DNA of 39,182 bases from Bacillota bacterium (GCA_018725275.1 QLUC01000001.1:1-39182); one strand, 5' to 3'. Shown: positions 8,978 through 17,821, counted from the stretch's first letter. Translations and numbers: made by a program. Notes: generated by a model from the sequence alone, not told the origin.

Positions 8978-9756
8978 TGGAAGAGGTTCATTTTAGTAAA
9001 TTTAAGCAGCGCTTAAAAAGCCAGTACGGGTTAGACCTTGAACTCTACAAAGAGGCGCAAATAATGAGACGACTTCGGGGGTATATGCAGCGCCACCAAC
9101 TTAGCGGGTTTGCGGAGCTTGAAAATTACATTGGGTCTAGCCATCAAGCGACGCACCTCATTGATTACTTAGACATCAATGTTTCCGAATTTTTTAGAAA
9201 CCCTGAGCTCTTTACTTACTTAGAGCAGGATGTCTTATCTCGGTGGTTGACCAAAAATCCACCTGTGCGCATTTGGAGTGCGGGCTGCTCGATTGGAGCC
9301 GAACCATATTCTCTGGCGATTGCCATACTCGAAGCAGGTTTTCGCGGGCTTCCCTCCATTTGGGCGACAGATCTTGACGCCGGTGCCCTGCAGCAGGCCA
9401 AAGTCGGCCAATACGCTTTGCAAGATGTGCGCAATGTTACACCTAGTCGTTTAAAGAAGTATTTCGACCTCGCCGGTGACACCGTCACCGTTAAATCAGT
9501 ACTCAAGGAGCGCCTGCAGTTTGCCAGGCATGACTTGCTCTGTGACCCCATTAAAGGCAGTTTTGAATTGATCGTCTGTCGCAATGTGGCTATCTATTTT
9601 ACTGAGGATGCCAAGACGGCGATGCTTAAGAGGTTTGCTGCTGCTCTAGCCAACGATGGGATATTGTTTACCGGGGCCACCGAAAGCTATTTAAATTACC
9701 GCGAACTTGGCTTAAACCGTGTGTCCTCTTGTTTCTATCGGAAAGAAGGTGCGTAG
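8974..9756 (+). CDS. cheR: Chemotaxis protein methyltransferase CheR
   Basis: 260 aa with the SAM-binding motif IWSAGCSIGAEPYSLA and the CRNVAIYF motif. It has a 4-nt overlap with cheD. Confidence 0.93.
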   Translation: MMEEVHFSKFKQRLKSQYGLDLELYKEAQIMRRLRGYMQRHQLSGFAELENYIGSSHQATHLIDYLDINVSEFFRNPELFTYLEQDVLSRWLTKNPPVRIWSAGCSIGAEPYSLAIAILEAGFRGLPSIWATDLDAGALQQAKVGQYALQDVRNVTPSRLKKYFDLAGDTVTVKSVLKERLQFARHDLLCDPIKGSFELIVCRNVAIYFTEDAKTAMLKRFAAALANDGILFTGATESYLNYRELGLNRVSSCFYRKEGA

Positions 9757-10365
9757 ATGCAACAAGTCTCTAGCTTTCAATTGGATGTCCTGAACGAAAT
9801 TGGCAACATTGGGGCAGGTAATGCGGCCACGGCTCTTTCACTCCTTATGGGGAGTCCTGTTGACATGGCCTTGCCGTGGACTAAATTTTGTCCGCTCGAA
9901 GAGGGTTGCGCTTTGCTCAGCCGTCCGGATGAAGTTGGTGTGGGCGTGCAGATTGGTCTTGATGGGAGTGTCACCGGGCGAATGCTCCTTACTTTCGATG
10001 AGGCGAGTGCACTACATATTTTGCAGGCCTTCGGGGACATGTTGCCGGAGAAGGATTTGGATAATGAAATGGCGCGTTCAGCCCTCATGGAAGTAGGCAA
10101 TATTGTCGCGGGGTCTTTTGTCACCGCGCTTTCCGAGTTCTTAAAGGCGTCCGCCTGGTGCAGCCCGCCGACCTTGGTGCATGATTATTTTGATGCATTT
10201 GTCTGCACAGTTATGGTCAGTGGTTGCCAAGACACGGACTATGTATTAGTCTTTAAGACGGAGCTTCAAGTTGGGGGCAAGGTGCTACACAGTGACCTGG
10301 CATTTATGCCGACAGAAGACTCTTTTCGTATGATTATGAACGCGCTAGGAGCAACAGGGGGGTAA
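9757..10365 (+). CDS. cheC: CheY-P phosphatase CheC
   Basis: 202 aa with two D/S-x3-E-x2-N active-site motifs (DVLNEIGN and SALMEVGN), each followed by the GxxAT-like segment typical of the CheC/FliY/CheX family. Confidence 0.9.
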   Translation: MQQVSSFQLDVLNEIGNIGAGNAATALSLLMGSPVDMALPWTKFCPLEEGCALLSRPDEVGVGVQIGLDGSVTGRMLLTFDEASALHILQAFGDMLPEKDLDNEMARSALMEVGNIVAGSFVTALSEFLKASAWCSPPTLVHDYFDAFVCTVMVSGCQDTDYVLVFKTELQVGGKVLHSDLAFMPTEDSFRMIMNALGATGG

Positions 10366-10369
10366 TGTT

Positions 10370-10732
10370 TTGGGAAAGAAAATATTAGTGGTGGACGATG
10401 CGGCATTTATGCGCATGATGCTCTCCGATCACCTCACCAAGGCGGGATTCGAAGTTGTCGGACAAGCCGAAAACGGGGCGGTGGCCATTATTAAGTACAA
10501 GGAGCTACGGCCAGATATGGTGACAATGGATATTACCATGCCCGAGATGGATGGTATCCAAGCCGTAAAAGAAATCAAAAAATTCGACCCTGCGGCTCGT
10601 ATTGTTATGTGTAGCGCCATGGGGCAACAACAGATGGTGATGGAGGCCATCCAAGCTGGGGCGCGGGACTTTATCGTCAAGCCATTTGATGTGACAAGGG
10701 TTGTGCAAGCAGTAACCAAGGCTCTCTCCTAG
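10370..10732 (+). CDS. cheY: Chemotaxis response regulator CheY
   Basis: TTG start with RBS AGGGGGG upstream. 120 aa single receiver domain with the acidic pocket VVDDAAFMR, the phospho-acceptor context MDITMPEMDG, and the conserved Lys in IVKPF. Confidence 0.95.
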   Translation: MGKKILVVDDAAFMRMMLSDHLTKAGFEVVGQAENGAVAIIKYKELRPDMVTMDITMPEMDGIQAVKEIKKFDPAARIVMCSAMGQQQMVMEAIQAGARDFIVKPFDVTRVVQAVTKALS

Positions 10733-10740
10733 GTCGCATC

Positions 10741-11724
10741 ATGCGGGAAATACTTAGTCAAGCTGAGATTGATAGCCTCCTCAAGAGCTTGGAGCAAGGG
10801 GAAGTTGAAACCGTCGGGGTTCAGAAAGAGCAGCCTAAGGTGCGCAAGTATGATTTCCGCCGCCCCAATCGGTTCTCCAAGAATAACCTGCGCAATCTCT
10901 CGCAAGTCCACGAAAACTTTGCGAGACAGTTAGCTAACTTTTTAACCGCATATTTACGCACCCCAGTGCAGGTTAAAGTAGCCACCATCGATCAAGTGGC
11001 ATTTGAGGACTTCGTGGTTTCCTTGCCTGGGCATACTGTTGCTACAGTTTTTTCTATGAATGAGCAGGGTCTCGCTTTGTTTGCCGCCGGTACGGATCTC
11101 ATTATTCCGATAATCGATCTCATCTGTGGTGGTGCAGGCGACCCGGTCAAGAAATCTCGTTCACTCACCGAGATAGAGCTAGCGATCTATCGCCGCGTGT
11201 GCCTCCATATTTTGGAGCGGTATGAATCTGTCTGGGGAGATTTGGCCACAGTCTCCTGCTCGATACGGTCTATGGAGACAAACCCCCGGCTGATACAGGC
11301 CATGTCCGGCGGGGAGATGGTCGCGGTCACGGCCTTGACCGTGGCGATAAACCGCAGCCAGGGCGTTCTGATGTTCTGTCTCCCCTTCCCCTCTATGGAA
11401 CAAATATTAGGTAAGAAGTCTGAGGCCGTCTCCGCCATAGATGCATCTACGGTGCAACTGCAGTGGCTAACGCGGCAAAAGATTCTGAGCGCGGCCGCTT
11501 TAGATTTGACGGCGATGCTGGGGGGCAATGAAATTACTGTGCGGGAGTTTCTCCAGCTTAGTGCCGGAGATGTCTTTACTTTGAGTACGAAGCTCGACGG
11601 TTTTGTCGAACTACTGGTGGAAAATAATCGAACCTTTCTCGCTCAACCGGGGATGATAGGTAGACAAATGGCGGTGCAAATAGTGACGACGCTGTCAGAA
11701 GGAAGTGACGGGATTGAGCAATAG
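10741..11724 (+). CDS. fliM: Flagellar motor switch protein FliM
   Basis: 327 aa with the N-terminal CheY-P binding peptide LSQAEIDSLL, a FliM middle domain and a C-terminal SpoA-like domain. Confidence 0.94.
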   Translation: MREILSQAEIDSLLKSLEQGEVETVGVQKEQPKVRKYDFRRPNRFSKNNLRNLSQVHENFARQLANFLTAYLRTPVQVKVATIDQVAFEDFVVSLPGHTVATVFSMNEQGLALFAAGTDLIIPIIDLICGGAGDPVKKSRSLTEIELAIYRRVCLHILERYESVWGDLATVSCSIRSMETNPRLIQAMSGGEMVAVTALTVAINRSQGVLMFCLPFPSMEQILGKKSEAVSAIDASTVQLQWLTRQKILSAAALDLTAMLGGNEITVREFLQLSAGDVFTLSTKLDGFVELLVENNRTFLAQPGMIGRQMAVQIVTTLSEGSDGIEQ

Positions 11725-12766
11725 GTATTTGTCGCAAGATGAGATAGACGCAATCCTCCACATGGGAGTAGCAAATGAGCTGTCCACACTGAGTGCCATG
11801 GAGGCTGACGCCATTGGGGAGGTCGGCAATATCTCCATGGGTACGGCGGCCACAACGCTTTCTCAACTCCTTGGCCAACGCGTCAGCATCACCACGCCAC
11901 GGGTGACCGTCACCACCCTGGCGGGACTCTATGCGCAGTTTTCTGTGCCCTATTTGGCCATATCAGTTAATTATACTAAAGGACTGGCTGGGTACAATCT
12001 CTTGGTAGTTCGCAATGACGATGCCGCGGTGATTGCGGATTTAATGATGGGTGGAGACGGCAGACCAGCATCGCTGGAACTTGATGAGATGAGGATCAGC
12101 GCTGTCTCGGAAGTCATGAACCAGATGATTGGCACGGCGGCGACCTCGATGCATTCCCTTTTTGGCCGACAAGTAAACATTTCACCTCCGAGCGTAGTGC
12201 AATTCGATCACCCCCCCAAACCTGATGCCAACCTCGATTTGAGTGAGGAGACGCTCGTCGTGGTGACTTTTCGCATGGTCATCGGCAGTTTTGTGGACAG
12301 CGAATTGTTGCAGATTATGCCCATGCGTAGCGCCCAGCAGATGGTTGAGTTGCTCATGCCGCCCTCTCCGTCATCCGCAAGGCATGATGTTCCTCCACCA
12401 GTCGACCTGCCGTCGCCAATTATCTCTGCGCCAGAGGTGCCGGTTGTGCAACGCGCGCAATTTTCTCAACTACCACCACCCCCTAGTTCTATCCCTGGCG
12501 CCAACATCGACCTGATACTTGATGTTCCCCTGCATGTTTCAGTGGTGCTGGGCAAGTGCCGGCGATCTATTAAGGATGTTATTACCATGGGCATCGGCAG
12601 TGTAGTCGAGCTTGATCGCATGGTTGAAGACCAGGTGGACATTTTGGTCAACGGGACCCTCATTGCCAAGGGGGAAATTGTCGTCGTCAATGAAAACTTT
12701 GGCGTCAGATTGACGAGTATCCTTAGCCCCGTGGAGCGGTTAAAGGAATTGGCCAAGGGCAAGTAA
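11705..12766 (+). CDS. fliY: Flagellar motor switch phosphatase FliY (CheC-like N-terminal domain fused to FliN/SpoA C-terminal domain)
   Basis: It has an N-terminal LSQDEIDAIL peptide and two D/S-x3-E-x2-N motifs (DAIGEVGN, SAVSEVMN). A Pro-rich linker follows, then a C-terminal FliN domain (LDVPLHVSVVLGKCRRSIKDVITMGIGSVVELD...GEIVVVNENFGVRLT). The start is uncertain: GTG 11705, TTG 11714 or TTG 11729. Confidence 0.92.
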   Translation: MTGLSNRYLSQDEIDAILHMGVANELSTLSAMEADAIGEVGNISMGTAATTLSQLLGQRVSITTPRVTVTTLAGLYAQFSVPYLAISVNYTKGLAGYNLLVVRNDDAAVIADLMMGGDGRPASLELDEMRISAVSEVMNQMIGTAATSMHSLFGRQVNISPPSVVQFDHPPKPDANLDLSEETLVVVTFRMVIGSFVDSELLQIMPMRSAQQMVELLMPPSPSSARHDVPPPVDLPSPIISAPEVPVVQRAQFSQLPPPPSSIPGANIDLILDVPLHVSVVLGKCRRSIKDVITMGIGSVVELDRMVEDQVDILVNGTLIAKGEIVVVNENFGVRLTSILSPVERLKELAKGK

Positions 12767-12873
12767 TACTCGCTAGGCGATCCTATCCGGTTTGTTTCCA
12801 TAACTTGCATACAACTGTAACACAGGAATGTGCGTCACCTTGGCGAATAAAAACGCTGGAGGTGACAAAAATT

Positions 12874-13223
12874 TTGTACAAAAAAACGCTTGTCGCATTA
12901 GTCTTGCTGTCGCTCTTTGCTGCCAGGGGATATAGTGCTCTTTACCCACGGCCAAGCTCGGTGGACGGGCTTGTGGCATCGCCCTCCCCCGTACATCCCG
13001 CACTCAAGCTCTCGCTGGTCGCGCGGTATCGCGCGAGGCCATGAAAATGGGCGACATCTTAGTTTTCGTGAACACCTATCGGGAGGGTATATCCCACGTG
13101 GGGATCTATATCGGTGAGGGTCGGTTCATCCATGCCGTGCCGCGTTCTGGGGTATCTTATGCCAGTCTTAACCAAGACTATTGGAACACAAGACTGCATA
13201 GCGTACGGCGGGTGCTCCCCTAA
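12874..13223 (+). pseudogene. Decayed NlpC/P60-family cell-wall hydrolase gene (frame-disrupted, catalytic Cys segment missing)
   Basis: RBS GGAGG at 12858-12862 precedes TTG 12874, which opens a signal-peptide-like MYKKTLVALVLLSLFAARGYSA in frame 1. The distal NlpC/P60 domain is read in frame 3, from just after the in-frame TAG at 12933-12935 to TAA 13223. That reading is LGGRACGIALPRTSRTQ...MGDILVF...ISHVGIYIGEGRFIHA...YW..R. Only the last 60 codons have a start codon. Confidence 0.6.
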
Positions 13224-13253
13224 GAAAGCAATTAATCTGCATTTTTTGGCAAG

Positions 13254-13276
13254 GCTGCGTGTGAGGCGCAGCTTTT
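13254..13276 (+). terminator. Short hairpin plus T-tract downstream of the NlpC/P60 remnant
   Basis: GCTGCG (13254-59) pairs with CGCAGC (13267-72) across a 7-nt loop, followed by TTTT (13273-76). The 6-bp stem makes this a weak intrinsic terminator candidate. Confidence 0.35.
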
Positions 13277-13278
13277 CC

Positions 13279-13287
13279 TGTTATAAT
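13279..13287 (+). promoter_or_regulatory. Candidate extended -10 promoter for dprA
   Basis: TGtTATAAT at 13279-13287 (TGn plus consensus TATAAT) lies 24 nt upstream of ATG 13311. RBS AGGAGGGGA is at 13298-13306. There is no good -35 element. Confidence 0.4.
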
Positions 13288-13310
13288 TACCCTAGGCAGG
13301 AGGGGAGATT

Positions 13311-14387
13311 ATGGAGAGACGGCACTTTTACGCAGCACTCTCTCAGGTCGCTGGAGTGCGGCATGGGGAGATCGCGCATCTCAATATTCCTTCCGGTGGC
13401 ATGTATGCGGCGAGTGACTTTGCAGGGGTGGGTCTAAACCTGCCTGTGGCGCAAGCGGCGGCAAAAGCGCTTCGGGAATTTGACGTTGCCAGATGGGAAC
13501 AGAGCCTGCAGCTGGCCAATTGTCGGGCCATAGCCATTGGCGATCCCCTCTACCCGAGCGCACTCCTTGACCTGTATGCCCCACCGCTCCTTCTATACTA
13601 TCGCGGGTCGATAGGCTGCCACCCGCGCGTGGCGGTGGTGGGCACTCGTAGGGCTACCTTCTATGGCCGGCAAGTGGTCGAAACTTTTGTCCCGCTCCTT
13701 GTTTCGGCCGGACATAGCATCGTCAGTGGTCTAGCGCTAGGCATAGATACTTATGCCCATCAGGCCACTCTAAAGTTAGGCGGGCACACCATTGCGGTTC
13801 TGGGTTCTGGTCTCGATTATACCTATCCGCAGGCTAATAAGTTCCTCGCGGAGAGCATTGTCGACCATGGTGGCGCGCTTTGCAGTGAATATGCCCCTGG
13901 CTCACCGCCTCTGCGACACCATTTTCCAGCCCGCAACCGCCTCATTAGTGCGTTAGCCAAGGCCTGCCTAGTGGTTGAGGGCGATTTAACCAGCGGAGCG
14001 CTCATTACCGCGACGCACGCTCTCGAGCAAGGGCGCGAGGTGCTGGCGGTGCCTGGGAGCATCTTCAGCCCGCAAAGTAGGGGGACGAACTACCTGATCA
14101 GCCAAGGTGCCGTGCCGTTGACCGACCCGGCCATATTGCTCGCGACACTAGGCATAAATTCTCTTCACACTATAGTTACGGATAATACGAAAGGAAGCCC
14201 GGAGGCGAACCTGGTGCTCAGCACCTTAGGAGCTAGTGCGCTTACTGCCGATGACCTAGTTGTGGCAATCGGCAGGAATATATCTTCTGTGCTGGCAACC
14301 CTGAGCGAACTAGAGATAGCAGGAGTTATCTCCCGCTTGCCAACCGGGCAGTATATATGCCATAATCCAAGGGTTAGTCGGAAGTAA
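13311..14387 (+). CDS. dprA: DNA processing protein DprA (Smf)
   Basis: 358 aa. The Rossmann-like DprA core has GTRRATFYG and GLALGIDTYAHQATL motifs, and there is a C-terminal winged-helix-like tail. It shows the conserved dprA-topA adjacency. Confidence 0.93.
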   Translation: MERRHFYAALSQVAGVRHGEIAHLNIPSGGMYAASDFAGVGLNLPVAQAAAKALREFDVARWEQSLQLANCRAIAIGDPLYPSALLDLYAPPLLLYYRGSIGCHPRVAVVGTRRATFYGRQVVETFVPLLVSAGHSIVSGLALGIDTYAHQATLKLGGHTIAVLGSGLDYTYPQANKFLAESIVDHGGALCSEYAPGSPPLRHHFPARNRLISALAKACLVVEGDLTSGALITATHALEQGREVLAVPGSIFSPQSRGTNYLISQGAVPLTDPAILLATLGINSLHTIVTDNTKGSPEANLVLSTLGASALTADDLVVAIGRNISSVLATLSELEIAGVISRLPTGQYICHNPRVSRK

Positions 14388-14427
14388 GGCGCGAGCAGGC
14401 TATAAACATAGGAGCAGAGGTGTGTTG

Positions 14428-16491
14428 ATGGCGGAATACTTGGTAATTGTTGAGTCACCTGCCAAAGCGAAAACCATCGCGAAGTACCTTGGTCGACAAT
14501 ATACGGTTAAGGCCTCTTTTGGGCATCTGCGCGATTTGCCAAAGAGTCAACTGGGAGTTGATGTCGATCAAGACTTTGCCCCTAAATACATCACCATCAG
14601 GGGTAGGGGAGAGTTGCTCAAAGAACTGAAGACGGCTGCACGCAAGGCAACATTGGTCTACTTGGCAACTGACCCTGATCGAGAAGGCGAGGCCATCTCG
14701 TGGCATTTAGCGCAGGCTCTCGAGATAGACACCTCCGTGCCTTGCCGCGTTACATTCAATGAGATTACTAAAAGTGCGGTGCAAAAGGCATTTAAGGAGC
14801 CGCGCGAGATCGCGGCTTTGCTTGTCAGCGCCCAACAAACTAGGCGCATTCTCGACCGCATTGTGGGTTACAAACTCTCGCCCTTGCTTTGGGCGAAAGT
14901 TAAAAAGGGACTAAGTGCCGGGCGCGTGCAATCGGTGGCTGTGAGACTCATTGTTGACCGGGATATGGAGATAGCTGCCTTTGTCCCAGAAGAGCATTGG
15001 AGCCTTGCAGCAAGTCTCAAAACGAGTGAGGGCAAGCCTTTTCAAGCCACTCTAAGCAATAGGGACGTCAGTAACGAGAGCGAAATGCAAAAAATCATGG
15101 CGGACCTTGCCGATAAAATTTTTGTGGTCGCCAGCGTAAAGAAGAGCCAAAGGGAGCGCAAACCAGCGCCACCATTTACAACGAGCACCCTCCAACAAGA
15201 AGCTTCGCGCAAGCTTGGGTTTACCGCCAAGCGCACCATGCGCTTGGCACAATCATTGTACGAGGGCATCGAACTTGGCAAGGAAGGCTCAGTGGGGCTA
15301 ATCACCTACATGCGCACCGACAGCACGAGGCTTAGCGGTACGGCCATTGGGGGAGCAGCCACATATATCAAGGCGCGTTATGGCGATGAATATCATGAGG
15401 CGCGCCAATTCTCCGGCAAAAGTGGCTCTCAAGATGCCCATGAGGCCATTCGCCCCTCATATGTAGAACGAGACCCAGAACAGCTTAAGGACATGCTCAG
15501 CAAGGAGCATTTCCGGCTGTACAAACTCATCTATGACCGGTTTATTGCTTCACAAATGTCGGTCGCTGTTTTCGCCCAGGTGCATGTAGAGATTAGCGCG
15601 GGGGAATACACTTTTAAGGCCCATGGTTCGCGCCTGGTATTCCCGGGATTCATGGCCGTCTATAGTGAGAGCCTAGACAAGGAAGAAGACGAGGGTTCAT
15701 CTCTGTTGCCCGAGCTCACCGCGGGGCAGGCCCTAGTGCTTAGCAAGCTATTGCCCAAGCAACATTTTACCGAACCACCCCCCTCGTTCACTGAAGCCAG
15801 CCTCATCAAACTGCTTGAAGAGGAGGGCATAGGGCGACCTAGCACTTATGCGCCCATCATTGATACTATCGTGGACCGTGGATATGTGATCAAAGAAAAA
15901 AAGAAGTTCGTCTCCACGGAACTTGGACAGGTGGTCACTCGTATACTTAAGGAGTACTTCCCGGGGATAGTCGAGGTGGAGTTTACTGCCAAGATGGAGG
16001 GGCAACTTGATGCGGTAGAGCAGGGGAACGCCAAGTCGCTCGATGTCTTGCGTGAGTTTTATTCTCCCTTCGCCAAGCAACTGTCCCATGCCTTTGTCAG
16101 TATGGAGAAAATTTCTGTGGCCGATGAAGAGTCGGACCAAAATTGTGAGCTATGTGGCCGGCGCATGGTGTTCAAGATGGGGCGATTCGGCAAATTCCTT
16201 GCTTGCCCAGGTTTTCCAGAGTGCCGCAACACAAAGCCGATCTTAACAGAAACGGGAGCGAGTTGCCCGTTGTGCCAAGGAAAGATAGTAGAGCGTCGGA
16301 GCAAGAAAGGCAGGCTATTTTATGGCTGTGGGAATTATCCGACCTGCCTCTTTGTTTCCTGGAACAAACCATCGGCCCAGATATGTGCGAAGTGCGGGGC
16401 GTTCACGGTGGAGAAAAAGAACCGCCGCGGCGAAAAGGTCTTTGTTTGTGCCAACCCTGCCTGCGGAGCCAAACAGGAGGAGCGGTCTTGA
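14428..16491 (+). CDS. topA: DNA topoisomerase I
   Basis: TOPRIM N-terminus LVIVESPAKAKTI and the active-site Tyr context GLITYMRTDSTR. Three C-terminal Cys4 zinc-ribbon motifs are present (CELCG..CPGFPEC, CPLCQ..CGNYPTC, CAKCG..CANPAC). GTG 14422 is an in-frame alternative start. Confidence 0.96.
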   Translation: MAEYLVIVESPAKAKTIAKYLGRQYTVKASFGHLRDLPKSQLGVDVDQDFAPKYITIRGRGELLKELKTAARKATLVYLATDPDREGEAISWHLAQALEIDTSVPCRVTFNEITKSAVQKAFKEPREIAALLVSAQQTRRILDRIVGYKLSPLLWAKVKKGLSAGRVQSVAVRLIVDRDMEIAAFVPEEHWSLAASLKTSEGKPFQATLSNRDVSNESEMQKIMADLADKIFVVASVKKSQRERKPAPPFTTSTLQQEASRKLGFTAKRTMRLAQSLYEGIELGKEGSVGLITYMRTDSTRLSGTAIGGAATYIKARYGDEYHEARQFSGKSGSQDAHEAIRPSYVERDPEQLKDMLSKEHFRLYKLIYDRFIASQMSVAVFAQVHVEISAGEYTFKAHGSRLVFPGFMAVYSESLDKEEDEGSSLLPELTAGQALVLSKLLPKQHFTEPPPSFTEASLIKLLEEEGIGRPSTYAPIIDTIVDRGYVIKEKKKFVSTELGQVVTRILKEYFPGIVEVEFTAKMEGQLDAVEQGNAKSLDVLREFYSPFAKQLSHAFVSMEKISVADEESDQNCELCGRRMVFKMGRFGKFLACPGFPECRNTKPILTETGASCPLCQGKIVERRSKKGRLFYGCGNYPTCLFVSWNKPSAQICAKCGAFTVEKKNRRGEKVFVCANPACGAKQEERS

Positions 16492-17813
16492 CTAAAGTGA
16501 TTGTCATCGGGGGAGGACTGGCCGGGGTGGAAGCGACCTGGCAGTTGGTGCGCCAAGGCATTCCCGTTGAGCTTTTTGAGATGAGACCTCTTTGCAGCAC
16601 CGGCGCCCATCATACCGGGTTCTTGGGTGAGCTCGTTTGTAGCAACTCCTTGCGAGCGATCGATATTGGCAATGCTGTTGGGTTACTAAAAGAAGAGATG
16701 CGCCGGTTGTCTTCCTTGGTGATGGAGGTCGCTCTAGAGACCCGTTTGCCAGCCGGAGGCGCATTGGCGGTGGATAGGCTCGAGTTCGCCGCGACCATCA
16801 CGGAGACCTTGGAGAATCATCCCTTGGTGAGTATTCGCCGCGAGGAGGTGCGAGAGCTGCCCAAGAAGGGGATAGTCGTAGTGGCTTCCGGTCCCCTCAC
16901 CTCGACTGCGCTTGCCTCCGACATTGGGGCTCTCCTCGGAGAAGAGTTTCTCTCTTTTTTTGACGCGGCTGCGCCCATTGTGACCAAAGAATCGATCGAT
17001 TTAAGCCGGGCTTTCTTTGCCTCCCGTTACGGCAAGGGTGAGGCGGATTATCTAAACTGTCCGCTCACCGAAGAAGAGTATGAACGCTTCTTTACCGCCC
17101 TTTGCTCGGCAGAAAGGCAAAAACAGAACTTCCTCGACAAGGAAAGCTTCTTCGAAGGATGTATGCCCATCGAGCATATGGCCGAGCGCGGCCGTGACAC
17201 TATGCTTTTTGGTCCGCTGAAACCCGTCGGCCTTGTGGACCCGCAAACCGGTAAGCGCCCCTTTGCGGTAGTGCAGTTGCGCCAAGATAACCGTGCCGGG
17301 ACGTTGTACAACCTAGTGGGTTTTCAAACCAGGCTCAAGTGGGGAGAACAAAAACGCGTCTTTTCGCTAATTCCCGCCCTAGCAAAGGCCGAGTTTGTCC
17401 GTTTCGGAGTGATGCACCGCAATACATTCATCAACTCTCGGCAAGTGCTGGCCCCTACTCTCCAGTACCATCAGCGAAAAGAGCTGTTTTTTGCGGGTCA
17501 ATTTACCGGCGTTGAAGGTTATGTAGAGTCGGCTGCCTCCGGCCTAGTGGCAGGCATTAATGCCGGTCGCGCTTTTCGTGGATTCGAGCCCTTGGTGTTC
17601 CCAATAAATACCGCACATGGGGCTCTTCTTAATTACATCACCGATGCAACGCTTGCGACTTTTCAGCCCATGAATGTCACTTTTGGATTGTTCCCTCCTT
17701 TAACGAACCCCCCACGCGACCGCAAGCAGCGCAATCTCGCCTATGGGCAGCGCGCCTTGCAGGAATTAGCAGATTTTTGCGACAAGAATATCGCCTTGAC
17801 TTGTGTCCTCTAG
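16488..17813 (+). CDS. trmFO: Folate-dependent tRNA (U54) methyltransferase TrmFO (Gid)
   Basis: TTG 16488 has RBS AGGAGG at 16475-16480 and a TTGA overlap with the topA stop. The N-terminal FAD fold is KVIVIGGGLAGVEATWQL. About 441 aa, which is typical. The ORF-track start at 16152 is a spurious extension into topA. Confidence 0.92.
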   Translation: MTKVIVIGGGLAGVEATWQLVRQGIPVELFEMRPLCSTGAHHTGFLGELVCSNSLRAIDIGNAVGLLKEEMRRLSSLVMEVALETRLPAGGALAVDRLEFAATITETLENHPLVSIRREEVRELPKKGIVVVASGPLTSTALASDIGALLGEEFLSFFDAAAPIVTKESIDLSRAFFASRYGKGEADYLNCPLTEEEYERFFTALCSAERQKQNFLDKESFFEGCMPIEHMAERGRDTMLFGPLKPVGLVDPQTGKRPFAVVQLRQDNRAGTLYNLVGFQTRLKWGEQKRVFSLIPALAKAEFVRFGVMHRNTFINSRQVLAPTLQYHQRKELFFAGQFTGVEGYVESAASGLVAGINAGRAFRGFEPLVFPINTAHGALLNYITDATLATFQPMNVTFGLFPPLTNPPRDRKQRNLAYGQRALQELADFCDKNIALTCVL

Positions 17814-17821
17814 GCTAAACG

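Noticed and set aside
12805-13117. Two overlapping about 70-aa ORFs (12805-13044 and 12917-13117) as independent genes
   Set aside because: They are better explained as out-of-frame pieces of the decayed NlpC/P60 locus. Neither has a coherent domain of its own.
15085-15116. GCCGATAA with an A-run 15 nt upstream (sigma-D-like) inside topA
   Set aside because: It is in a coding region, the -35 is AAAA rather than TAAA, and there is no plausible downstream target.
16152-16487. N-terminal 112-codon extension of the trmFO ORF, overlapping the zinc-ribbon region of topA
   Set aside because: The extension has no TrmFO homology. The FAD-binding GGGLAGVEA motif follows directly after TTG 16488, which has a strong RBS and a TTGA stop/start overlap with topA.
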